Translations under genes and position numbers: made by a program
Notes under the pieces: generated by a model
Told to the model about the DNA's origin: nothing
The model's input: the letters and a program-made list of their open reading frames with translations, nothing else
Databases searched by the model: none
Assembly: GCA_964016885.1 (NCBI GenBank)
Contig: OZ024741.1
Span: 356,624,001 to 356,688,000 of the forward strand
Direction of reading: 5' to 3'
Length of the DNA: 64,000 nucleotides
Origin: Eledone cirrhosa
Taxonomy: Eukaryota
Shown here: positions 36,001 through 44,950 of the stretch, in pieces
Layout of the letters: every line of letters starts with the position of its first letter
How positions within the stretch are numbered: the first letter of the stretch is position 1

Positions 36001-36519
36001 TTTCTTAAAGATATCTTTACAAAAACCCATCAGTATAAAAGTGATAGTGAACTTGATATAAGTAGAGTTAGTGGGATTTCTGGGACAAATAATCTCCAAA
36101 TAAGCCCTAAACAATTTAAGAATTCTAAAACAAATAAAAAATCAGCTAAAAGTTTTTCTCCTATGAGTAATTCAAGTTCTGAAAATGATGGAATAGTAAT
36201 TTATGAAGAAAGCTATATTGCTGACGACACAGATGAAATACCTAGTAGTCAACAGCCCAGTGAAGGAATTCTTATTAATAAATTGAATAGTTTTATTCAG
36301 AATAACTCTGACTTATATAGAAAAATACTTCTGTATGAACCACTTGAATTTGATGTTTTGAAGAAAAACCTTAAAGACTCTAATATAAAATGTCCAGCTA
36401 ATAAACTACTTGAATATTTAGAAAACCAGTGTATAACATTTGTTCATAGCAAAGATAAACAAGATAGAAAATGGTCAAATAAAAGATCTTACAAAGCAAA
36501 AAGAGGCAGAAAAGTGTGA
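30091..36519 (+). CDS. SLX4: Structure-specific endonuclease scaffold SLX4 (BTBD12/FANCP/MUS312 family), single coding exon, about 2142 aa
   Basis: Open frame with the SLX4 domain order: UBZ-type fingers (CPTC..EHVLQC ~31504, CCIC..QHINTC ~31723, CPMC..NHFKTC ~31849), MLR start DDQLQLALAMSNSL (~32011), BTB FSDIQF..GHKIILQARCP (~32660-32960), SIM-like motifs, SAP TPMPDYESMSTPGLKKEMKKYG (~35900), SLX1-binding LYRKILLYEPLEF..LLEYLENQCITF (twice). ATG 30091 follows a polypyrimidine/CAG acceptor ending 30068, so the GTG start at 29962 is not preferred. Confidence 0.92.
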   Translation: MGGMKRTPKPNKKMTKEVKEVSTKTKLYKDTEHEKLSQRLLLKPEESFNDSNDFKTPERKSNTCRSRLRNQSDCIKINEPWRNEAALIKKYTKQSITSVESITKMHSETPRKSTRKSSQSQNENSPLKNATSSPHKSDKRNLSQTNIIKPIKSSSKQHKNNKSNINSKQKTSDSDKKSVEKTLLCSQQASKFRSPKSQNLSGSIQYSGSSSSLSGKITAGSPCESSKFIKDENSSCTSEEEFETSSNCGTYLRKRRKICYKFNEKDSETHVPTVLSSHIPTITSSHVPSVMSSHIPSVTSSHIPSVTSSQFLTTTSSQIPTITCSHAPRVTSSKFPTITSSQFPTITSSQIHAVLSSHIPSVASSHVPTVTSSHVPTITSSHVPIVTSSHIPTVTSSYVPSITSSQIPSITSSQIPTIISSHVSTITFSHIPTVASSHISVEAEVNIETGFNHKQNKPKSDDYFNEIQMRKCPTCKDDFPNLIFNEHVLQCLKEQFQSSTYGPLNTKTGHKQISQDERLAQKLHAELNKNVLIDNASLESDKVLCCICKTELTHLNSLQRTQHINTCLDQSESAKAHDTSPESVVICPMCGQQFNSFSLRENHFKTCTRDKFVAPNQSSRSTTNKKQLKSRTTSNSKKTPDDQLQLALAMSNSLQEEQNKQEEQLGRYIQNIKKNVFKELKHQKNKQLPLLVTLTTEERQSVHAERVAGIINENFENVPSTKRHKYSSLASTQPTNLWLKSSLTQTDSSKLPFYVDSLVPPIKIDIVNMGDQLKHLSKNTGNVISQNTTNSANEEEKQQLIEPSQTALILAELANDNKTPTNSCHTPVEHISPNFQTEAYKENSSGILTSLSTDFCRLVNNPSFSDIQFMTAEGIKVFGHKIILQARCPNILNRISTQLLTPTINLSEVSYDTLLAFLKYIYAGQLNIDETQANSLKILSWELAIPELFHACEKLLKKSVIHSQQNSGFCPSPLATVDSMINYLLESSDEDLETRKSVSEKPSCDPENCRNSSQSTLTNDSFKCQNSRNSSPYNNSPLTIIPQYSPNGNSNDIGNNLDRLTNVPVSSQLGASTELSEICCDNQPKKPFSNYQSGNYSSKPCTANTLQQKSLSHFTSQNIPHSPQKFEKCLVVNENALPSFTASVPGSVNLTNNCNNNSLIKEQCQLIDSDEIRDFSPIDFIDESFNHSIYSSPLTGPTCDGMVTPKKKDINDNSRENVSDNMLNISDDLSNISKELFSEDEDLENVSNNKTCIQYSFDSQHEYTSPHQILKTVSPCHNENKANFSRYYYSTPATISLTKDRDQINNNNVTAKCIISSDESEKGFVSAETDTNLRENFDYLNSYSPVFPKTQELKKTNTNLNENQPKTSSQNQSGTSSQNQYKKRKRCSLSFSPSKRKKVETDKSTHLNLYESSSILNLDEACCLETKKKERFSQKSSLNSSGNFYNERGNKECLSKSKKNIVTPKDFHEKAHQCESELDVSRDTHSEISGTNNLQISPKQSKNSKTNKKSAKSFSPMSNSCSENDGIIIYEKSYNADDTDEIPSSQQLSEDIFINKLNSFIQNNSDLYRKILLYEPLEFDVLKKKLKDSNIKCPANKLLEYLENQCITFVHSKDKQVRKRSHGVSSRRKKVKEKVETEETKEEEIFSKKSSLNSPDNLYNGKELKKFRQFSNEMYDVETSNLRELPQNISDDYRPGKNEKPKKQFTFKKITKKPSVYSSTENLNVDTINSDCLVKPFPKSSASDDKLPNSENSRSNAGLNESIWEHFYDDPIDDAVIIISPECSYSKVTFNPSKDKLDSFLLSPSPPPPLSPPLLLSPPPPPSPPPPPLSPPPPPSHPPPLSPPPPPSHPLSPPPPSSPPLLHYEHHSSTHDSSYASIVDDVEHLFRQESLYNPNLSGSFGNDSLRVKPNVKETFNTPVNKRQTKYCGKEQSSPSPFTPMPDYESMSTPGLKKEMKKYGCKARPKKNMVKFLKDIFTKTHQYKSDSELDISRVSGISGTNNLQISPKQFKNSKTNKKSAKSFSPMSNSSSENDGIVIYEESYIADDTDEIPSSQQPSEGILINKLNSFIQNNSDLYRKILLYEPLEFDVLKKNLKDSNIKCPANKLLEYLENQCITFVHSKDKQDRKWSNKRSYKAKRGRKV
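30895..31410 (+). repeat. Coding 24-bp minisatellite in SLX4, about 21 copies of TSSH(I/V)P(S/T)(V/I)
   Basis: ACATCTTCACATATTCCCTCTGTT-type units, in frame. Confidence 0.92.
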
Positions 36520-38029
36520 TTTACTTGTAATAAAATAAACAAATTTTAACATAAAAATTTGTAAATTTTCAACATTTTTTCCCATTTGTTCTTTTGGGAA
36601 TATTGTTTTGGACCAATTAATTTTATATATAATCAAAGATGCCATTTTAATCCATGTAACACTATTTTTTACTTTTCAGAGTAAATAGGTTAAGAAAGCA
36701 TTCAGTCCTGACTATGTAAAAGAGTCATGCTGGTGCCTTCACAAAAGGATACAGTCCATCCTGTAAAAAGATCATGCTGGTGCCTTGACAAAAGCACACA
36801 GTCCATCCTGTAAAAGGGTCATGTTGGTGCTGTGATAAAAGCACACAGAAAAGGCTCTTCAAATTACCACATCCATTGATTTGTTTTTGTTCACAAATAT
36901 ATATACATATAATTTCATTACAATTGTATTGAAGTATATTGTTGAAAATGCATTTTAATGATTATGTGTAATAAAATTTCAATATTAAACTTATATTCTT
37001 ATAAAAAAAAATCTGATTTTATATTTAACTTTTTTTATATAAAAAAAACCTGAAACTGCTTGTTTTAAGATGTTTATATTTATCTGAAAACTTTCCATCC
37101 TAATTCTGTGTAAGAACCTTTGTTATGTTCCAAACATCAGCTTAATAATTAGAAAGTTGGTTATATTACTCAATTTCTCCAAATTCTTGATTGTTTTCAA
37201 AATTATTTAAGAATTAGAGACAAAATATGGTAAGGAAAGAGTTAAATTCTAAGTAGCATATAGCTCAAGTGTCAAGTCAAACTAACAAATGACTGTCTTA
37301 ATTGCAGTCAAAGCCATTTAATATCTTTTGTACCAATAATAACCTTGAGACATCACAAGTATCTGTTTACTTTCTCGGGTTAAAACAAGTGTTTTAACAC
37401 TTTAGCATTGCAGTATCGGTAGAGGGTCGGACGTCATGCTTTGCAGCATAGAGTTACGCCCCTTTACGGTCTGAGTTCAAATCTCACCGAGATTAACTTT
37501 GCCTTTCATCCTTACGAGGTCGATAAAATAAAGCACCAGTAATGCACTGGGATAATTGCTGGCCTTGTCAAAAATTAGAAACACATTCATTTACTATTGT
37601 ATTTTCACAGAAAAGTCTTTATCTTATATAATCATCTCACACAATATTGAATCTACAAGATTTTGATGTTATTTATTTTGAGAACAATACCTTAATGTAG
37701 GTATGAGCAGCCAGATACGGCCGGTTTGAAAAGAAAGAGGTGAGAGAGTTCTGACCGGATTCGACCAGTTTAAATCCTAAAGGATTAAGACCATTTCTCC
37801 TGATAAGGCAGGAATTAGCCGTGCAGGCCTTATGGCAGACTTCATACACATCTTGGAGTCCTTTTTGAGGCAATGCCTTGAAATGTGTGTATCTCAATGC
37901 AAAAGACAATAATAATAATTGATAATAGTTGAGAAAATTGAGTAAAGTATTCCTGGAAATGGGGAAAAGTGGACAGAAGTGGCTGTGAGGAATGGAATTG
38001 TTGGGATGCACACATTTCAAATTTCATTG

Positions 38030-38420
38030 TTAATATCTATTAACCACATGTTGCAAACTTCCAATGGCGATTATTACCCACATGTTACAAACTTCCAACA
38101 GTGATATCTATTACCCACATGTTACAGGCTTCCAACAGTGATATCTATTACCCACATGTTACAAATTTCTTGGATTGATAACTATTACCCACATGTTGCG
38201 AGCTTCCAACATTGATATCTATAACCCACATGTTACATACTTCCAACATTGATATCTATTGCCCACATGTTACAGAATTACAACATTGATATCTATTGCC
38301 CACATGTTACAAACTATCCACATCCAAATCCATTACCCACATGGACAATCTATCCAAGTCAATATCTATTGTACACATGTTTCGAGCTTCCAACACTGAT
38401 ATCTATTGTATACATAGACA
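38030..38420. repeat. Degenerate ~37-bp minisatellite, about 10 copies
   Basis: GTGATATCTATTACCCACATGTTACAAACTTCCAACA-type units. Confidence 0.85.
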
Positions 38421-38769
38421 AACTAATAACGAACATTATTTTCTTTCACCCTCTGTAGGATAATCAAATTTTATTGTTGTTGCTTCATGATCCAAGAGAG
38501 CAGAATGATAAATGCCTTAACCTTGTAGACAGCAAGGGAGATGGTCTGAAAGAGCCAGTCCACCTTGTAGAGCTCATTCTTACAGATGGTCATTTCCATC
38601 CTAATTGCAGTAAGTAGAAAGGTTGTTCAGGGGTTCAGAACACCAGATGTTTCCATTGTTATGGGATCAATGAGGAACCTATCAGAGAGCAGCATATGCT
38701 CTTCAGCCTGTTAAATGATAGAACATGGGTCTGATGTTTTGAAACATCGAGAATCATCACTATCATATA

Positions 38770-40500
38770 TCAGCTTTTCCATGTTTCTATGGGTTGGACA
38801 AGTTTTTTTCAGCACAGTATCCCTCCACTCATTGTGGTCCTTCACCATCTCCTCTGTGAGCTTCAGTAATTTAAAATCAGCTCTCACAACTTCCATCCAA
38901 TTCATCCTTGATCTCCTTCTGCTGCAGCTTCCTTCCACTGAGATTTCTTGGCACTTCTTCACCCAACAATCCTCATCTTTATGCATCACATGTCCATACC
39001 AGTGTAGTCTTCTCTCCTGCACATATCTGATTCCTCATATACCCAGCTTTTCTCTCAGCACATCTATGTTTTGTCTTTCATGCATTCACTCCCCATGTCT
39101 CACTACCATGCAACATTGTGCATCACACTCAGATATCATACAGCCCAACTTTTGTTTGTAGAGAGAAACTTTTTTTCATTATCTTCTAATTCTAGCTACT
39201 ATGCTCTCAGAGCAACCTCTTCTACCTTATATCACCGAGGTAACAGAAGCTACCAACTACTTCTAAGGATCCTTTTAGGGATTAGAAAAAATTTAGTTCA
39301 CTGATGTTCTTACTACTATTTCTGTGCATCTGCTACATATAAAGTCTACTATTTCTGTTACCCAAGATTTCCATTGTGTACATTGTATAGAATTTCTACA
39401 TATCAAGCAAGGCTACTTCTCTGAAAAGATGAAGGCCTTCTTTCCTTTCCTACTTACTAAAACTTTGGTTTTTCAAAATTTATTCTAGGCCCTTTTGATT
39501 CTAATTTGTTTCCAAAGCTGGAATTTCTTCACTAGTTCTTCCACGGATTCAGTTATGAGAACTAGGTGATATAGAAGTTCCTATGGACAGCCAGACTTAA
39601 ACTCCTCTGTTATGGCCTTGAAAACTATGATAAATGGGAGGAGGCTGATGACTAAGCCCTGATGGATTCCTACTGTACATGGGAATACAGAGCACTTCAC
39701 ATCTCAAGACATTAGTAAGCCACCTGCTTTCAGGTCTTTGCATGCTAAGAATATCAATTGTTTAGTAACTTAATATTGATCTTTGCTGCCCCCATTTATC
39801 CATTTTTTTTATGCCTGTTTCTTTTTTTTTTAATGACTCTACCCATACTGTTGTTCCACCATCAGACCATCCTGTTTGGCTGGTGCTTGCTCCAGTCACA
39901 AGTCTTGTCAATAGTTTGTTGTAAGTTGTCTTGTAGGAATTCCCAACTGTTTTCTGTAATGAATTTCTAACTCCACCTCCTTCTTGTCATTTGCATCACA
40001 TAGGGCTTTTCTAAATCCATATTTAACCAGGAGCTCCTTTAGGTTCCATACTTTCTACCTCCAGATTGTTCTGCCTTGTGCTTATTCTGATGTCACTTAT
40101 ATTATGTGGTGCATTCTTCACCAAGGAAGGCCTTAGTACTTGTAACCATTTGCCTATTCCGTTTTCTAACAAGTAAAAAAACAATTTGGCTTGTGTGATC
40201 ACTTGATTGGTAGGTGATCAGGTAACCAGCTAGTTTCCTGGAGTTAGTGTTGCAGATAGTTAATTCATTTGCATCACAGACTTCTAGGAGCCTTGTTCCC
40301 TCTTCATTTCTCATGTCATAACCATAGCCACTGTGTATTCCAGTGTAGTCATCCTAAAACTGCCTAACATATCCATTGAAGTTGCCAGCAAGAATGAAAA
40401 GGTCTCTGTCATCTGTAACTGAGATTGTCTGTAGGAGTTCCTCATAGAATTGGTCCTTTTGTTCTTTACTTAGACCTGAGGTGTATATGTAGAGATAATA
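38770..40500 (-). mobile_element. Decayed, internally deleted RTE copy
   Basis: RNEEGTRLLEVCDANELTICNT (~40300) and QERRLHWYGHVMHKDED (~39000). Confidence 0.8.
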
Positions 40501-41156
40501 TATTTTGGAAAAAGAAAGTTATTTATAAAATATATAATGCCTTTTAATTACAATATATTTTGAATTTTTGTTTATATTTACTTTCATTAATCAAATATAA
40601 TTGTAAATTGTTCAATTAAAATTGCCTACATTCAGCATGTTTGCAAACTCTATATTAATCTTTGGCGATGAAAGCTTTAAGAAGTTTACATAAAAACCTT
40701 TTCAATATAAGTATAACATAAAAATTCATTTTTGTCTCTTCACATATAAAAAGAAGAAAAGAGATAGATATCATCAGGAATTATATATATATATAGAGAG
40801 AGAAAAAAAAAGAAAGAGAGATAGATAAAACAAAGAAAGAAAAGGGAAAAAGATATATATATATATATATATATCTTTTTCCCTTTTCTTTCTTTGTTTT
40901 ATCTATCTCTCTTTCTTTTTTTTTCTCTCTATCTTTATTATTAATATTATTAATGATGCTGTAATTTGAATTTGTAAATTTAACGGATATATTGTAGTTA
41001 TCTCCGATGATCTGGTTAAGCTAAATCATATTTGAAATTGAGTGGCACTGCTTCTAGTGTTCACCAACTTCTAGACAACTTAATCAGTGAAACAATTGTC
41101 AGACTGTAAATAAATCCTTTTTTTTTTTGTACTGTTGACCATGTTATCACTTATTC

Positions 41157-41187
<31 letters not shown>

Positions 41188-41188
<1 letters not shown>

Positions 41189-42330
41189 TAAGTTGTTCAG
41201 AAATTAATGCAGGTTTTATGTTTTTATATGTCTGAAGGTGTGTAAAATCATGTACCCTTTTTAAGCTTATTTTAGGCTCTTTTTTCTATGCAATCCATTT
41301 TAAATATAATTTGTATTTTTGTCAATTCTTTGAATTTAAGATGTCAAAACAGGATTTTTGCAAATATATTTTTATAAGTTCAAGAAGTATTAATGAATGC
41401 TCAATGCAATGTTGGTTTCAAAAGTTCTGTCATGGTGAATTCACTTATGAATTAAGAAAGGCCACTGACATTCTTCTGCCATTGACAGTGAAGAATTGAA
41501 GGCTTTGGTCAAAGTAAATGCTTGCAGGAAAGCTAAATGTAAGCATTGGAACAATTCTTGAAAATTTGAACCAAATTGGAAAGTTGAGGAATCTTGAAAA
41601 ATAAGCACCACACAAATTGAACAGAAACCAGAAAAATCACCATTATCAAATCTATTTTTTGTTTCTTTTGCACAACAAAAATGACTCATTCCTTGATCAC
41701 ATTGTGACATGCAATGATTAGTGGATCCTATACAACTGGTGGCATTCACCACAGTGGTTACACCAAGATGAAGCTCCTAAATACTTCTCAAAGCTGAAGT
41801 TGCACCCCCAAAAAGTTTATGGTGACTTTTTGGTGATCCACAACCAGATTAACCCACCCCAGCTTCCTGAATCCTGGTAAATCAATCACAACAGAAAAAT
41901 ATTGTCATGAAATTGATGAAATGCATAAAAAAATTGCAGTATATGCATCCAGCATTGGTTAATAGAAAAGGTTCGATCCTCTTGCATGACAACACTTGAC
42001 CACACATCATGCAGCTAATGTTCCAGAAGTTGAATGAATTGGGCTACGAAACTCTGCTTCATCTAGCATATTCATGGCATCTTCTACCAACTGACTACCA
42101 GCTTATCAAGCATTTCAACAACTTCTTGCAAGGAAAAGTCTTCAACAACGAAACAGTTGCCAAAAAGGCCTTCTAAGAATTCATCAACTTCAGACTTCTA
42201 TGTTTCCAGATTTTGTTGGCAAAAATGTTTGGATGACTTTTATTGCAATCAATAAAGTTTATTCTGGACTAAGGTATGTCGTTTTAAAGTTGATGTTTAA
42301 AAACTTGCATTCATTTCTGAACAACCTGTT
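41188..42330 (+). mobile_element. Decayed mariner (Tc1/mariner) DNA transposon with TIRs
   Basis: TIRs AGTTGTTCAGAAATTAATGCAGGTTT (~41191) and AAACTTGCATTCATTTCTGAACAACC (~42301); transposase remnants WFQKF, ILLHDN.*PH, LPTDY. Confidence 0.85.
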
Positions 42331-42468
42331 ACACACACACACACACGCACGCACAGAGAGAGAGAGAGAGAGAGAGTAGATTCTTTAGGTACCGAGAAAT
42401 GCACTACAAATTAACAAACAACTTTTCAAATTTTCAGTAAAGCTGCTGGTGCTTAGAGCAATGAGTTA

Positions 42469-42588
42469 TTCAGGTGAAACATCACTGCTGGCTTCTCATC
42501 TCCATCTAGTGGGGTTTGACTGAGGGAGTTCAGGTGAAATATCACTGCTGGCTTCTCATCTCCATCTAGTGGGGTTTGACTGAGGGAG
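42469..42588. repeat. 60-bp tandem duplication
   Basis: TTCAGGTGAAA(C/T)ATCACTGCTGG...TGAGGGAG twice. Confidence 0.9.
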
Positions 42589-43599
42589 TGGCAAATGGCC
42601 AGATGGCATCATAATATTCATATTCTATGATGGTAAGCCCGTCATCTGGGACCCAACATGCAGTAACACTTTCTCCAGCAGCACACTGGTGAATTCAGTG
42701 ATTGTTCCAGGTTTCATTGCTCAACAAGCAAAAGATCAGAAACTGTTGAAGTATCAGCTGCTTTCTGGTAGATAGGTTTGTCATTGAACCTAAAATGGTG
42801 GAGATTTCTGGTGTTCTGAGTCTCTGAACCACATCCCTATTTGCTGTTTTTGGGATGAAGTTAACCAGCCACAGAAGTGGGTCTAATATGTTGAAATGGC
42901 TATTTCAGCGTGTCCCCCTTTATATCTTTCATGGTAACACATCCTGTATTCTGCCCGCTGGGACCATGACTAGGGTTCTGTATACCAGAGAGGCAAAGCA
43001 GACAAATGGAAAGGGGGAAGAGACAACCTTTCATCGACTGGTTCATGCCATTACTGTTGGCCACTACATTCACACACATACATATATAGTATCTATATAA
43101 TGTTTATATACCATTTTGTTGATTGTAACCCTACTAAACAGAATAAAAGATAATGATAATAATTTAATGCCTTTTACACCAAATTGCCCTTGATTCTATG
43201 ATACAAAACTATATATTTTAAATTGTTTATATTTATCTAAAAACTTTCCATCATAATTTAAGGTAAAAAATTTTAAGTTATGTTCCAAACACCAGCTTAA
43301 TAATGAGAGAGTTAGTTATATTACTAGGTCCCTTTAAATTCTTGATTATTTTCAAAATTATTTGGAAATAATAGGCAGTGTCTTTCATTAGAAATATAGT
43401 AATGAAAAGGTTAATATATAATTGCCAGATTCCTGGATTCTTCCCTTAAAATTAATATGTTTTTAAAATATATGTTTTACTATTTTTAAAAATATATTTA
43501 CTATTTTTTTAAAGAAATATATAAATATTTACTATTTCTTAAGTACTTCATGGAGTAGATATGTAGATCAGAATAAAAAGAAATTTCAAAAGTTGATAT

Positions 43600-43752
43600 T
43601 TAATTTCTCTGTTGCTTTCTAATGATTGTTTCGACAATTTCTGGATCAACAAGAGTTGATGTGTCGCCAAAGTCTTGCTCTTTGTGAGCAATTTTTCGCA
43701 GGATTCTTCTCATAATTTTACCTGATCTAGTTCGAGGTAAACCAGGTACAAC
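43600..43752 (-). CDS. ACSS1: Acetyl-CoA synthetase (ACSS1-like), terminal coding exon
   Basis: After the tttcag acceptor: [50 protein letters not shown], containing the A10 motif P.TRSGK. Confidence 0.92.
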   Translation of the reverse strand, partial: VVPGLPRTRSGKIMRRILRKIAHKEQDFGDTSTLVDPEIVETIIRKQQRN

Positions 43753-44746
43753 CTGAAACAATTGAATAAAAATAAAATAAAATTTATGATGATAAAAGAA
43801 ACAAATATTTGTTTAAAAAAATGTTTTTGCATTGTTTTTTTCATTTTACATATTTTGTACAGCAGGTGCTAGTACAGCCATGTGCTTAAGAAGTTTGCTT
43901 CTAGACCACATTTCTGGGTTCAATCCCTCTGCACAAAACTTTTGACATGTGTCTTCAGGGCCACAAGTTATCAAGTAATTTGCAAGGGGAATTTGGTAGG
44001 CAGATTCTGTGAAGGGGCCTGCTTATAATATTATATATATATGTCTTTGTCATTATTGTCATCATTTAACATTCATTTTCCCTGCTAGCAAGGGTTAGAT
44101 GGGTTGTCACAGATCAAGTTAACTTAATCAGAGCTACATATGTTGCACATTTTACAGACTCTACTGAATGTATTTTATTGAGACACGTGCACCAGGAAGG
44201 TTGTCATGACTAAAGAGTCCTTGTGACCCTTTGGTAAGTTTTTTTTATAGGTGGATGCCCTTCCTATCACCATCAATTTTACAGAGATTACTGAGTGCAT
44301 GTTATCTCATGATACCAATATTAGGGAGTTTTATCATGCCATTCCATTGACACAATTGAAGACTCCTCTCAGCTCTTTTTTGGCATGGTTTTTACAGCTA
44401 GATGCTGTTCCTATCCAAACTACAATAATATATATATATATATATTAAAAAATAGAATAGCTTTCACCCATTATCAGGCTAAAATTCCTTTAGTCAAAAA
44501 TACGGTGAAAGCTATTCTATTTTCTAATTTCAAACCTGCTCACTGTTTCCAAACATACTTACTTGCCATATATATATATATATAATATAGAAATAGCTTC
44601 TACAGGACTAGAACTGTTTCATTTAAAGGAAATCATCAAGAAACCCAACTGTCAATGTGATATGGTGGTATTTATACATTTTCTGGTGGTAGGGGAATAT
44701 GGTAATTGGGATGGGCAGAAGTCATTGGCTGATGGATTTAAAGAAT

Positions 44747-44794
<48 letters not shown>

Positions 44795-44950
44795 AGTAAG
44801 TAAGACCCCGACGGCTGATCTCAAGCCGTCGGGGTCTTACTTACTCCTATTACCCACTCTACTACTCTAAGTATTGAGTACTTTGGTGCGTTATGGTCCA
44901 CCTGGTTCCTTACCACTTTTCCCTCGCTATATATATATATATATATATAT

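Noticed and set aside
38030-38420. Same 37-bp period as the large satellite
   Set aside because: The monomer sequences do not align convincingly; treated as coincidence
43715-43745. LPRTRSGK instead of LPKTRSGK in ACSS1
   Set aside because: Conservative change; the catalytic, acetylation-regulated lysine of SGK is intact
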